Positions 28,038 to 42,811 of a stretch of 64,000 nt of DNA are shown in pieces. This stretch comes from the human T2T-CHM13v2.0 reference genome, Homo sapiens. The stretch is taken from the NCBI RefSeq assembly GCF_009914755.1, contig NC_060926.1; one strand, written 5' to 3'. A program made the translations under genes and the position numbers. Position 1 is the stretch's first letter. The number at the start of each line of letters is the position of its first letter. The notes under the pieces are model-generated. The model was not told where the DNA came from. It worked only from the letters and a program-made list of their open reading frames with translations, and ran no database searches.

Positions 28038-28142
28038 GGAAGGAAGAAAGCATGGGAGAGAGGGAGGGAGAAGGAGAGGCAAGGAAAGAGGGAGGGAAGA
28101 AAGGAAGAAAAGAAGGAGGGAGAGAGGGAGGAAGGAAGAAGG
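28038..28142. repeat. Purine-rich (GGAA/GGGA) low-complexity tract
   Basis: About 100 nt of nearly pure G/A. Confidence 0.85.
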
Positions 28143-28199
28143 TGCAAAAAGAAGCTAGCAGGAATCTGATTTAATTTCTTGCTGCAAAGGAGGTTATCA

Positions 28200-29190
28200 T
28201 CTAATACACCTATTCTATTCCAGGCACTTTTCTAGGTAAAACAGATGTGAATCTAGCTTCATGGAGCCATGAAAATACAGATTAGGTATACAAATAAACT
28301 AACAAATAAATCTACATTACAAACTTTGATTACTGCTATGGAAGAAAAATACAGAGTGCTCTAAGAGAGAATAACAATAGGAACTGTATTTAAATTGAAG
28401 GACTATAAGAGGAGTCTGAGGATATGAAAAATAGAGCTGATGCCCAAAGATGAGAAAAAATTAATTAATGAGGACAAATAAGGTAAAACCATTCCCAATA
28501 GAAAAAAAATGGAATCTACAAAGAAAAGAACATGGCACCCTTGATGAGCTGAGATAAGGCCAACATAACTAAAAGAGAATGAGCCAGTGGCATGAGATCA
28601 GTCTGCAGAGACAGTCATGGGCCAGCTTATGTAATGTCTTTTTGGATAATGTTAAGCATTTGATTCTGTCATCATTCTTAGTTCAACAGAAAGCCACTGA
28701 TGGCTTTCTTCAAGCAAGAAAATGAGCTTATCTGATTTACATTTTTTAAGTCACTAAGGTTGCTAGGGGAACTGATTAAGTATCTGCTAATGTAGGAGAG
28801 ATGACAAATTATACAATGGTGATAGCCACAGAAGAAAAAAGAAGTAGAAAGATTCTAAGTACACTCTGAAGATGATACTGGTAGCAAAGGTGTTAGATTA
28901 GATTAGATGGGGGGATGAAGGACTGGGTAGTGTCAGCAATAATTTTCAGGTATCTCCCTTTGGCAAAAGGATGGATTACTGAGGCAATCAAGTCTAAGGT
29001 AGAAAGGGTTAGGGAAGAAAAATGAGAAGCTATCAGAGTTTTGTTTTGGAAATGTTTGATTTAAAATGCCTGAAGGCTATCCTACTGAAGCTGTCAAGTA
29101 AGCAGCAGGGTATACAAATCTGAAGTGCAGAGGAGAACTGGGCTACAGATGCCAGTTTAGGACTTCTTGGGATCTGAAAGGTATTGAAAA
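28200..29190. mobile_element. L2 remnant
   Basis: Degenerate L2 motifs (aagccactga..ttt, gagttttgttttggaaatgtttgattt, gatgccagttt). Confidence 0.6.
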
Positions 29191-30042
29191 TCTGAAAATA
29201 CTCATATTTTATACATTAAGAAGTATGGAATATATTGATGTTGATAGCATCCCAAAGCCACAGAGCACACATTTAATTTGCTCCTAGTAACACCTATGAG
29301 TAGGTATTGAAATTACTTTTAATGATGAAAAATTAGTAAAATATTTCCTTGTATTTTACTATAGTATACTCCCATGTCATCTATAATAACTGAGAACCAT
29401 CTCTATCAAAAGATATGTTTTTAAAAGCTTATCTAACAAATTATTAAAGGAACTAAAATTTTACAACTTTTTCCCCTAGATACACTATACCTTTCCTCCT
29501 CTGATTCTCTGTAACTAATCTGCCTGCAAAATGGGTGATTAGTAAAAACATTTACTGAGTGTATAAAGTACATGTAGGGGTATACAGAAACGGGAAGTAG
29601 CTCACCCATTCTCCACTAAGTTATTTCAACCTTCCTCTCTGGAGGGCCCATAAAAGAATATGGCAGCAATGTAGTATCAAACTACCACAGATGCTAGAGT
29701 TCCACTTGCTATAAAACCTCACTTAGTTTTTCTAATCTGATTCTAATCTATAAAATTTGGATAATACTATACCTTTTGAGTTGTGAAGTTTAACAGATAA
29801 TTAAAATATATATTTATCCCAATAAAAAAAATATTTATACATACATACAGTGTCTGGCATACAAACATTTAAAATGGGACTATTCAAAAAATAACATGCT
29901 GGCGAGGTTGTGGAGAAAAAGGAACGCTTACACACTGCTAGTGGGAGCATAAATTAGTTCAACCATTGTGGAAGCCAGTATGGCAATTCCTCAAAGACCT
30001 AAAAACAGAAATACCATTCGAACCAGTAATCCCATTACTGGG

Positions 30043-30724
30043 TGATATGGTTTGGATCTGCGTCCCCACCCAAATCCCATGTCAAATTGGAGGGGCCTGA
30101 TGGGAAGTGACTGAACCATGGGGGCGGATTTCCCTTTGCTGTTCTCATGATAGTGAGTTCTCACAAGATCTGATGGTTTAAGTGTGTGGCACTTCCCCAT
30201 TCGTGCTCGCTCTCTCTCTCTCTCTCTCTCCTGCTCCACCATGGTAAAGATGTGTTTCCTTCCTCTTCAACTTCCGCCATGATTGTAAGTTTCCAGAGGC
30301 CTCCCAGTCATGCTTCCTGTTAAGTCTGCAGAACTGTGAGTCAATTAAACCTCTTTTCTTCATAAATTACCCAGTCTCAGGGAGTTACTTTTTTTTTTTT
30401 TTTTGAGACAGTCTTGCTCCATCGCCCAGGTTGGAATGCAGTGGCGCGATTCTTGGCTCACTGTAACCTCTACCTCCTGGGTTCAAACAATCTTCCCACC
30501 TCAGCCTCCCAAGTAGCTGAAATGACAAGTACGTGCCACCACACCCAGCTAATTTTTGCATTTTTAGTAAAAATGGGGTTTCACCATGTTAGCTGGGCTG
30601 GTCTCAAACTCCTGACCTCAAGTGATCTGCCTGCCTCAGCCTCCCAAGTGCTGGGATTACAGGCGTGAGCCACTGCGTCCAGCCTCAGGTAGTTCTTATA
30701 GCAGTGTGAGAACAGACTAATACA
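30043..30724 (+). mobile_element. MSTA-like MaLR solo LTR
   Basis: tgatatggtttggatctg...gactaataca; 5-bp TSD CTGGG. Confidence 0.88.
30388..30683 (-). mobile_element. Alu (J/early S) nested in MSTA
   Basis: Reverse dimer; degenerate TSD tcagg(g/t)agtt. Confidence 0.9.
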
Positions 30725-31957
30725 CTGGGGAATATAAATCGTTCTGTCATAAAGACACATGCACACATATGTTCACTGCAGCACTATTTACAATAGCAAA
30801 GACATGGAATAAACCTAAATGCCCATCAGTGATAGACTGAATAAAGAAAATGTGTTACATACATGGAATATTATGCAGCCCTAAAAAAGAACAACACTAT
30901 GTCCTTTGCAGCAACATGGATGGAGCTGGAGGCCATTATCCTTAGAAAACTAATGCAGGAACTAATGGAGGAACAACCAAATACCACATGTTCTTACTTA
31001 TAAGTAGGAGCTAAATGATGAGAACACATAGACACATAGAAGGGAACAACACATACTGAGGTCTATGAGCAGGTGGAGGGTGGGAGGAGGGAGAGGATGA
31101 GGAAAAATAACTAATGGGACTAGGCCTAATATATGGGTGACGAAATAATCTGTACAACAAACCCTCATGACACAAGTTTACCTATATAACAAACCTGCAC
31201 AGGTACCCCTGAACTTACAATAAAAGTTAAATTTTTTAAAAAAGTAAAAATTTAAAAAGTAAAATGAGACTATTTTAAAACGTTTTGAGAAGGCATAGTG
31301 ATATTTATTAAGGAAAACCACATGAATTGTTAAAATATGAACACAAAGAAATTGTCATGAAATACGGCTTGATAGCAAAGAGTATCACTAGTATCTGCTG
31401 CAATCCACTCTATTCCACTAGCTCCAATACCCATTTGTTCTTTCTTCATTAAAAATACTATTAAATCCTTCTACTACTGGCAGCAATATTTGGAGAACGA
31501 GTTGTACTTTCTCTCAAACATTGCAGTAAAACTTCCTAACTAACTGTCCTTTCCAAGACAGGGTTTTTAGGAATATTAAACATCAGACCTTTGTACTGAA
31601 ATCAATCACCTGTCATCTAATTTAATAGAATTAAAAATGAGTGATTTACCATTTCCTGTAACTTTCAAATATACAAACTGTATTAAAAATAAAGTAGTTT
31701 TCTAGTGCATACATTCGAAACATTCTGAAGTACTACATATTCTTAAAGAAAAAATACTCAGATCAATAAAAGGCAAATTTATAAGTGCTGCTCTTCCAAC
31801 ATTCCACAAGTATTTATTGAATATTATATATTCAATAATAAATATTAGGTGCCAGGCATTGTTTTACACTGTAGGAAGTCAGCGATGAACAAAACAAACA
31901 TAAATCCCCACCCTCAAGAAGTTTACTAGATATTCTACACCATTATATTTTAGAAGT

Positions 31958-31959
<2 letters not shown>

Positions 31960-31999
<40 letters not shown>
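31960..31999. repeat. (CA)20 microsatellite
   Basis: Direct count; uninterrupted. Confidence 0.95.
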
Positions 32000-32003
<4 letters not shown>

Positions 32004-32112
32004 TAGAAATCTATCCTTCAAATCAAACAAAGTCAGCCTCAAAAGCCTGTGACAAAAACACTGTAAATGCATGAAGGAAAGAAAAAAAGGCTTTTGAAAA
32101 ATAAAAAAAAAA

Positions 32113-32444
<332 letters not shown>

Positions 32445-32477
32445 TTATTTGAATATACTCTTTTAAAAGATAATACT

Positions 32478-32752
32478 GGCCAGGCATGGTGGCTCACGCC
32501 TGTAATCCCAGCACTTTGGGAGGCCGAGGCCAGCAGACCATGAGGTCAGGAGACCTAGACCATCCTGGCTAACATGGTGAAACCTCATATCTACTAAAAA
32601 TACAAAAAGTTAGCCGGGTATGGTGGCGGGTGCCTGTAGTCCCAGCTACTCAGGAGGCTGAGACAGGAGAATGGTGTGAACCTGGCAGGTGGAGCTTGCA
32701 GTGAGCCCAGCCTGGGCAACAGAGCGACACTCTGCCTCAAAAAAAAAAAAAA
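32478..32752 (+). mobile_element. AluY-like with right-arm deletion
   Basis: Dimer; TSD aaaagataata. Confidence 0.88.
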
Positions 32753-33042
32753 GATAATATTATATGCCAGACAATGAGAAGTTATTTTTTAAAGCCACGT
32801 AAGTTTGGGTATAATAAACCACAATTCAAAAAGCACCTGTGGACTACTAATTATTAATTCTATAATTCAGGATATAAAGAAATTAACAGAGATAACAGCA
32901 GTCACCATTACACCACTATTATTTGCTGAGTATCTGCAATATGACAATCACTGTCTTGGCTATTTTATGTATATTACCTCTAATACTATACAATCTCAGT
33001 GTTGTTAGAGTTTCATAAGTAAATTTTTAAATGAACTAAATA

Positions 33043-33145
33043 TTTTTTTTTTTTTTTTTTTTTTTTTGAGACGGAGTCTCGCTCTGTCGCCCAGGCTGGA
33101 GTGCAGTGGCAGGATCTCGGCTCACTGCAAGCTCCGCCTCCCAGT
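33043..33145 (-). mobile_element. Severely 5'-truncated young AluY (Ya5-like)
   Basis: T25 plus about 75 nt of Alu 3' end; perfect 21-bp TSD tttttaaatgaactaaatatt. Confidence 0.9.
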
Positions 33146-33217
33146 TTTTTAAATGAACTAAATATTAATAATATGGTTATACAGGAAAGCAGGCCCATTT
33201 TGTAAAGATATTAGTAG

Positions 33218-33433
<216 letters not shown>

Positions 33434-33810
33434 TAGTAAAATAGATAATTCTTTCTAAGATATTAAGTAATTTGTCATCTCAGCTACTTTGAAACACATC
33501 TTAGTTTCTGTTTCTTCCAAATTACCAACTAAAGGTTTAAGACAATAACCAACCAGAAGTGGTGAAAACAAGCACTGGATCACAAACCAACAGAAGACCA
33601 AACACATCTCTGACACTGGATAAGTGAGTTTAGGCACACATTTCTCTTGAGGCCTTAATCTCTTCATCAATAAAAAGCAGGCATCATAATGCCAGTGTAG
33701 GTAATGCAAACTTCCTGTGAGATCCTGTGAAAATACTTGTCAAAGTGTTCATGATAATAAGAAATTATTAGATAAGCCCTATGAGCTCTTTCAGCTCTAA
33801 AATTATAGTA

Positions 33811-34748
33811 CAGTCATGTATCACTTAACAACAGGGAGATGTTCTGCAAAATGTGTCATTAGGTGATTTCGTCGTTGTGAAAACATCATACATAACAGTG
33901 CAGTTACACAAATCTAGATGGGATAGCCTACTACGCACCTAGGCTGGGTGGTATAGCCTATTGCTCCTAGGGCCATGAACCTGCTCAGCATGCTACTCTA
34001 CTGAATACTGTGGGCAACTGGAGCACAATGGTAAATATTTGTGTATCTAAACACAGAGAAGGTACAGTAAATGGTATAAAAGATAACAAATGGAACATGT
34101 GTATAGGGCATTGACCATGAATGGAGCTTGCAGAACTAGAAGTTGCTTTGGGTGAGTGAGTGTGAGAGTGAGTGGCAAGTGAATGGGAAGGCCTAGGACA
34201 GGACATTACTGCACATTACTGTAGACTTTAGAAACACTGTACACTTAGGCTCCACTACATTCATTTTTTTAAACTTTCTTTCCTCAATAATAAATTAGCC
34301 TTCCCTTACTGTAACTTTTTTACTTTATAAACTTTGTATTTTTTTACCTTTTTGACTTCTGTGATAACATTAGCTTAAAACACAAACATGCTATACATAC
34401 ATCTGTATTAAAAAAATTTCTTTCTTTACATTCTTGTTCTATAAACTTTTGTATTTTATTTTATGCTTTTACTTTTTACACATTTTTGTTAAAAACTAAG
34501 ACACAAATACACACATCAGCCTAGGCCAACACAGGGTCAGGATCATCAATATCACCGTCTTCTACCTCCACATCTTATCCCGCTGGAAGGTCTTTAGGGA
34601 TGGTAACACTCATGGAGTTGTAATCTCCCATGTTAAGAATGCCTTTCCGTGCAATGCCTGAAGAACATTCCTAAGGCTGTTTTATGGTTAACTTTTTTTT
34701 TTAGTAAGTAGAAGGAGTACTCTCTAAAATAATGATAAAAAGTACAGT
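33811..34748. mobile_element. Tigger3/Golem-type DNA transposon, truncated at a Tigger4/MER46-like fragment (about 34750-34880)
   Basis: TA|cagtcatgtatcacttaacaacaggg start; ggtatagcctattgctcctagg. Confidence 0.82.
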
Positions 34749-35604
34749 ACAGTCAAGCCTTCCATATCCACAGGTTCCACATCCTCTGATTCAACCAACC
34801 ATGAATTGGAAATACAGTATTTGAGGGATATAGAATCTGCAGATATGAAGGCCTGACTTTTCATATCAGCAGGTCCTACAGGGAAAGAAACTGAAGCAGT
34901 GAAAAAGATTAGATTATTTGATTTTCCTCCAAGACAGGAGTATGATTTGATTCCCCCACAAGACAAAAGTATGATTTGATTCCCCAGTGTAGGTCAAGAC
35001 TCTTGTGAAAGTCAAACAGAGAAACAAATGTAACCACCTCACAGAGGCAGTTCCTAAGTATCACTGATATTCATCTGGATGAAACCGTCTAACATCCTTG
35101 CCATGGATCCATACTCTTCCTGCTAAGTAACAAGACAGTAAAACAATGGTACTTAAAACCTAGGGTCAAGAGGCACATTTCTTCTTGGAGCATCAGTAAT
35201 CTCAGATTTGGGGAAGAATTTTTTTTAATATTAAGCCAAAAAATGATATATTATGAACAATAATACAAAATTCACAAGATTTGTAAAGATAAAATATGAA
35301 ATTCAAAGATATGTATATAATGTTTCTAGGAGAATTCCTTGAGCTATATTCCCAGATCCCCAAGAGGGCTGGGTATATTCTCTATAATTATTTTTCTTTT
35401 AAGATAAGGTTGATACACAGTAAAATATAAAAATCTTCAGCAACAGTTCTATGAATTCTTACTAATGCATATAGCCACATAGTGTATATGAATACACTCA
35501 GATGAAGATACAAAAAATTCGAGGTTCATTCAGCTTTGACCTTAAAGGTACTTCAGGGTAAAAATGTTTGAGAAGCCCACCATAGTTAAGCCAATTTGTG
35601 TTAC

Positions 35605-35673
35605 CTGTTCTTGTCCCTGGCGACTGTAAAACTTGACACTTAACATCCTTAATAATCCCAGTGTCTTCGGTAC
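35605..35673 (-). CDS. NBAS: NBAS coding exon (probably exon 11), 69 nt, VPKTLGLLRMLSVKFYSRQGQEQ
   Basis: Acceptor ttgcag|GTA, donor CAG|gtaaca, phase 0-0, matches recalled NBAS protein. Not in the ORF track. Confidence 0.95.
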
Positions 35674-36164
35674 CTGCAAAATAAATGCATCATATGAAGA
35701 AAGATTACTGAAATGACTTATCGTTGTAAAATGTCCTTTTATAATGAAATGAAAACTATAGCAAATCTAGTATTTTTTTAATTGATTAAAGAAAATCACC
35801 AAGAAGGTGTCAAGGATCTTGGTGAGATTTTGTTTTTGTTTGGGAAAAAAAAATCCACCAAGTGGTACAATCTTACAAAAGACATCCATGATCAAATGCT
35901 TTTTTAAATATATAACCAGTAAACTTTATGCAAATCAAAATCCACCGCAAGCTCTTCTCAAGTAAGGCTGCCCAAGGTTGCCATTTTATCCTAACATCAG
36001 TATAGAAAAAGCTAAAACTTCCCAAAGCAATTTCATCTATTAACAATTGATTCTATGCTTGAAAAACACCAAAAAAGACTTCATCATTAGAAATCAGTGC
36101 ATAAAATAATTTAATATAACACATGACAATTTTTTGTCTTTAGACTTAGAAACTATATTTTTTC

Positions 36165-38300
36165 AGTGGAAAATAACATTGTTGAGGATGTAGGGAATCT
36201 GGAACCCTCATACACTATTGATGGGAACATAAAACCGTACAGCCACTGTGGAAGAAGCTTGGTGGTTCCTCAAAAACTTAAACATAAAACTAACATACGA
36301 CCCAGCAATTCCATCTGAGATCTATACACAAAAGAATGAAAACAAGCATTCAAACAAATATTTGTACATGAATGTTCACAGCAACAATATTCACAATAGC
36401 CAGAACTTCTGAGTTGAAAACATTAGGGATGGCCTTGATACACTTCTCCAAATACTTTCTCCAAAAAAATCAAGAACAAGAAAGGGAGATAAATCTACAC
36501 AAAAACCATACTCTCCACTTAGCCTGAAGATAGAGAATAACCCAAACTTTACAATAACTGTAAGCAAAAAGAAAGAAATCACCAAATCCCAATGTGTCAT
36601 CTCCATTGCTCCTGCTAAAACCTATGTCCCCACTCACCCCATTGTGACCTGCCACAAGGTGTGGTGGTGAGCAAAAGCAAATTGAAAAACACCCAGGGAG
36701 GACAGAGGGGAGCTAGCAAAAATGGCTAAGGTCCATCTAAAACCAAAACTACCACCAAAAAGACTAAGTCCACTCTGAGTGAAAATACTATAAAAGCATC
36801 CAGGTTAATCAGACATGGCCTACAGGGAAGGGACCTAAGTGTGGGCATGATATGAAGAGGCAGGCTTCCAAACACAGAGCTTCTGAGGGAGAAAAATGGC
36901 AAACAGGAAGAAGTGCCTTTTGCCAAAGGGGTGGTAAAGGGGAAAGGAAGCAAAGGGGCAAATGTAGTGTGCAGCAAGACAATAGACAACCACAACATCA
37001 GAGGATCCACGCCCCCTCCTGCCACCAAAACAAAACCGAAAAAATCTGCTAAGGTATTTGAACTTTGCTATACTGACAAAAGAAGGCACCGTTAACCTAC
37101 CAATCTTGTAAAGTATTCCAATATCATAAAAATGAACAAGAAAGAGATTCACAATAGTTTGCAGACATGAGAAGACAAAAGTCAACACGTGTCAACAAAG
37201 GGAAATTATGGCTGAAAAAACAACCACGAAGCAAAAGAAAACTTTAACATAGCACTCCAAACAGAATGAAATATAGTCAGACAAGCATTTGAGAATGTGG
37301 ACAACTTGAAAAATCACCTTAAATCAAAAATTCAGTAACTGAAAATAGAACTGGACAAGAAGAGTGAAAAAGGGTTAATAATAAAAAGCTCAATAAATTC
37401 AGGAAATAAATATAAGAAAAAGAGAAAATTATCTAAAAAATAAAGAATAAATTACAAGGTACTCAAGGATAATTTAGTAAGGGGCTTTAAAGGAAGACAT
37501 GAAAACAATGAAAAAATGAAAATGAGTTAAGAAGTGAAAAGGAAATGAGATAAAAGGGAGAGGTAAAAAGAGTAAAGAAAAACTACTGGAAAGAGAAGAT
37601 AGTAAGAAGCAGTAACATTTGGATTGCCAGAGAATCTGAAGAAGATAAACAAAACCAAAGTACAGAATATTTAAAATTATAATCCATGAAAACTTTACAG
37701 AAACAGAAAATGGAAAAAATAGAAATAGAAAAAAATCTGAATCTACACACTAAAAGAACCAATGCATACCCAGAAAATTTAAACTCAGCATGATCAACTC
37801 CAATATCCTAGGAAGCTATCAGATTTCAAAGATAAAGAAAATAAAGACCTGTAAGAAAAACTGACTAATAACATACGAAGGGCAAATAATTTGATTGCAT
37901 CAGACTTTTAAAATCTCACATACAAAGCAAAACAAGAGTAGCATTTTTTAAAAGTGTAGTGAAAGAGAAGGCGAACCAAGGATTTTACATCCAGACAAGT
38001 TTCCCCTCAAATTTGAAGGTTATGGCAAAACAGTTTTGAACATAAAATACAAAAACTTAAGAAACTCATCACCTATGAGACCTTCTCAAAACATACTGTA
38101 ATTTCATCCAACCACAAGAACGACTGGGAAAACTTCAGCAAAAGAACTGAGTAAGCATTTTAAAATACATAAATAGATGACTAAAGAAAGCTGGGAACAA
38201 AAGTAGACACCAATGTACAAATATTATGTATGTGACAATGCAGAAACAAAACAACAAAAAAAAGAAAAAAGAAAGCAGAATAAGCTGATTATTGTATAAG
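36165..38300 (+). mobile_element. Old L1M fragments (ORF2 3' piece 36165-36405, then degenerate 5'/ORF1 region)
   Basis: gttgaggatgtagggaatctggaaccctcatacact; A-rich ORF1-like sequence with gaaccaaggattttacatccag. Confidence 0.65.
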
Positions 38301-38865
38301 CAATTAGTAGAAATGAAAGAATACGAAGAAAACAAACTCGTAAAATGCTGGAAGACATTGATAACATCAATAAGAATAGTTTCTGTGAAATGATGGAGGG
38401 AAATCTCCATTCGAGTGAATTCAAGAGAGAATGGAAGGAGAGGAATTGGAAACAAGTACAGACAACTCTTGAGCATTGTAAGGAAAGGAAAAGAAATGGG
38501 ATGGTAGCTAGAGGGCAAAGTGGAGTCTGAAGAGTTTTTGTGAAGGGAAAAATAAAAGCATGCTACATGCTGATAAACCTAAGAGGTAACAAAATTCCTG
38601 ATGTAAGATGAATATCCTTCAATAAACAAGAGTGGGAGATCTAGTGGACAAACACAGGGCTTGGCCTTAGCCTGAGCAAGGACAGTTCCTCTGTCTGAAC
38701 AAGAGAAAAGTTACAGTACACAGGCACAGCTGCTGGCAGGGTGTGGGATCCTACAGAAGTATTCCTTCTGATTACTTCTATTTTTTCAGGGAAATAGGAT
38801 TTCTCGTGGAAATAGGATTTCAAAAAGTCTATGTTCTTTCCACAACAAGCTTCTATATTGAAAAA

Positions 38866-38886
38866 GCAGCAGCAGCAGCAGCAGCA
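38866..38886. repeat. (GCA)7 trinucleotide repeat
   Basis: Direct count. Confidence 0.9.
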
Positions 38887-40134
38887 ATAATAAAAATTCA
38901 GTCAACTTTGTTCATTCTCATATAGTTTTCCAAAATTTTGATCTTAAAAACTCAGACAACAATAAATAATTAACACTGTAGATCATCTTACAGTTTATCA
39001 AATGCCTTTACATATATTACTTCATTTACATCCTGGCAAAAGCCTTAGTAGACAGTGGTAAGGGATAAGGTGGAATTCAAACACCAGCCTTCTGACTCCA
39101 CAGCCTGGGTCCTTCCTTTGTCCCAGCTACTGAATTCTAATCTGGTACCTGTTATAGCTCATTGCACTTATTTGAGACATAGCTGTTCTTCCCATATGCA
39201 GCGAATCCCTTGAGGGCTGCCACCAGTATTTTTACATTCCTAATACCTGGAGCAGTGATTAAATGTTGAATAAATGAATAAATAAAACTATCTCACATAG
39301 ATGACACTAACATTAATTTGGAAACTTGGGTCAATACACATATTGAATTTTGCACAGTCTGTTTTACAACCTAGCAGCCTTGAGAGAGACTACGATGTAT
39401 GTGTCAGCAGCATTTTTCAGTCAATACCTACACCAAGACAACAGCAACCTTAAACAGTAAGAGGAGGTTCGATGAGAACAATATCTGCTGCCTGACAAAA
39501 GGAACTAATCCCATAACCTCAAATTATTGTGAGGTAAGGGAAGGCTATGCAGGATGATTTCAAGTTTAGCTGCAAGACACAGCCACTAACATAATTAAAA
39601 TACACTTGCAGCATTTCAAGAAGTTAATCATACAGCAGAGCATTCCATTTGCAATTCAATATTTTTCCCACTTATTTTGTCAGCGCACAAGCAATTTTCT
39701 TTTAAAAGACTTCAATACCGAAGCCTCAGGCCACAAGGAGATCAGGACCATACATAGCAGAGTAGATTCCAATACTTCGGTAAGGTGCAAAGGGAAAGCA
39801 CAGGAGAATTCAAAGAAACTAAGGTGAAAAAAGGTTCCCTGGTATGTGACTTGCCACTTGCTTGCCTACTGGGTCCCAAATAAACACTTGATTACACCAA
39901 ACCAAAAGGGACTTTCACCACTTACCCACGTTCTCTCCTTATATCCTCTATACACATCCATTTTCCTTTTTTCCTCAACCCTATTTTGACAAATTTCACA
40001 GCTACAGAAAAGTTGAAATGATTGTACAATGAAACACGAGTATACCTCTCACCTAGCTAGACCAGTTATTAACATTTTGTCACATTTGCTTTATCTCTAT
40101 GTGTGTGTGTGTCTATGTATACAGACACACATAA

Positions 40135-40417
<283 letters not shown>

Positions 40418-41275
40418 AAGCCGCAGACATCATGCTTACTTTAGACAGAGCTAAGAGAAACTTCTTCAGACTCTAAGATCTACCCTGAAACATCTCGCAT
40501 ATAAAACTAGAAGCTGGATATGACCTAAATCAGAGAGATAAACACAACTAAATTCCTACAGATATGAACTAATGTGTCCAATATGTACGAGTAACTTCTA
40601 CCTCACTTTACTTTTTATAGATTATGGGATAATCATCATAGCATATATTAGTGCCACTGATATGGACAGAATTTCATGGGGTGGCGGGTGCAGAACAGAA
40701 ACTAGATCTGGCCCATCTCATGCCTCTATGTTCAGTTATTATGCTCTATGGTGCCTTAGGCTCCTTATTTGTGAAATGTGGCCAATAATACACCAACTGT
40801 TCTCCTTACTAGGTCCTGCAGAGAGAATAAAGGGCTGATAGACTAGGTAGATGGACAATAAATGGAAGGAAAGGCATATGCACAGTACTGCATAAGCTGT
40901 TCTACACATACAAACTGGTTTAATGTCTGGTGCCATATAAACCAGTAAGTTGACTTCATTTAAAGAAAAAGAAACTACTACTTTGTTGGGTTAAATCACA
41001 ATTACACACTGCAGTATATATTAAATGCTAAAAATAAAATTCACAGAGGATTACTATTATTGCTAAAGATTTCTTTTCAAAAGTACATCTTCATTAGTTT
41101 ATTTTCAACACTAAAATCTTTAATAGTTTGTTGTTTTAGAACATAATTTGAAATCAATATATTTTTTGACAAATTCATTATCAAAATGAACACATAACAT
41201 GTTTGATTATGTTGTGTTTCAACTTTTCTAGATTTCTTCCCTCACTGAAAAAATATTTGAGTGCCCACTAGGTAA

Positions 41276-41608
<333 letters not shown>

Positions 41609-41663
41609 CAAGTGCTCACTTTCATACAGTTTACACAAATAACTAAGACATGCAAGACTGCAG

Positions 41664-42093
41664 TGTGGCCAGGATGGTAAACATAATTAGTATTTACCAA
41701 TACCTAGTTTTTCACACCTTTCTGGACACATAGAAAACTATTTCCCAGCCCCTTTGAAGCTAGGAGGGGCCATAATACAATAAATGAACTGTAAGTAGAA
41801 CCAATGTCACTTCTGGTCTAAGACAGTAAAAAGTTCCACCTATTATCTCTCCCTTCCCTTCCTAAGACCATAAACGGAGATAGTGGGACCCCAAAAGGTC
41901 ACCACTCTCCATGGATCTTTTAATCATCACTTAAAACAAGCTGCCCAGGAGAGTCATGATCTCAACATCAGGCTTTGCCACAAAATAAGGAAAAAATATG
42001 TATATGATAAGCCACAGAAATTTCAGGACTTTGCATTTGCTCATTTGATTGCTTGAATTATCAAAATAGAACCTAGCCTATGCTGACTACTAC
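41664..42093 (+). mobile_element. Old MaLR LTR (MLT1J-like)
   Basis: tatttcccagcccctttgaagctagg; aagccacagaaatttcagg; ends tgactactaca. Confidence 0.6.
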
Positions 42094-42672
42094 AGCCCCA
42101 AGGACTGCCTGACACAAAATAGAAGCTCAATAAATAAGTATAGAATGAATGGATGGATGGATGAATAGTCCATGTAAATATGGAACAACATGGAAATCTG
42201 GACTCTAATTCTGCCATTTGCTAGCTGGATGATCAGGGCAACTTACTTAACTACACCTCACTTACCACCTCATCAACAGACTCGGGCCAGTAACAATATT
42301 TACCTCAAAGGGTTACTTAGAATTAAATGAGTTAGAGCATATAAAAAGCACTCCAAATAGCTGCCAACACATTAAAAAGTGCTTAATACATGTTTTCATC
42401 TAAATAAGCAAATACAAGGAATGGGACTACTGTTAGGTTGTTTTTCTAGTATCTGAAAATGTCACTACTAAAAATTATTCCAAGTTAAATACAATATGCC
42501 TCAGTTGAATTTGTTATTTGAAAGAAATAAAATTATACCAGCATTAATTCACTGTCCTCATTCAAGATGAAATTATTTCTTCCTCTATATCTTACAAAGG
42601 ACTTATTTGTCTAAGACAAATAGCACAGTGAAATGACACATAGCAAAGTGAAGTGCCATAACTCATACTTAC

Positions 42673-42811
42673 TGCAGTAACCCCGTCTCCACCATTAGTA
42701 ACCTGCTTATAATACGGTGATCCTGAAAGAACTCTCCAGGCAGAAAGGCCACAGCTAGAAGCTTTTGACATGCCTACTTCAGCAGTTTCACATCCACCAA
42801 CAAGTAAAAGT
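42673..42811 (-). CDS. NBAS: NBAS coding exon (probably exon 10), 139 nt, (R)LLLVGGCETAEVGMSKASSCGLSAWRVLSGSPYYKQVTNGGDGVTA
   Basis: Peptide recognised as the NBAS N-terminal beta-propeller region. Acceptor ttttag|A, donor GCA|gtaagt. Joins in frame to 35673. Confidence 0.96.

Larger units (their letters stand above)
29885..31260 (+). mobile_element. L1MA-type 5'-truncated insertion, interrupted by MSTA and Alu
   Basis: ORF2 3' end and 3'UTR; TSD aaaatg(g/a)gactatt at 29871-29884 and 31261-31274. Confidence 0.88.

Noticed and set aside
27752-28174. Ser/Phe/Leu-rich and Glu/Gly/Arg-rich ORFs
   Set aside because: Artefacts of the GGAA low-complexity tract.
31814-31838. 11-bp inverted repeat TTATTGAATAT/ATATTCAATAA
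   Set aside because: Almost all A/T and inside an L2-like end; expected by chance or slippage.
38866-38886. (CUG)7 on the transcript as an expansion or MBNL site
   Set aside because: Too short and several kb from any exon.
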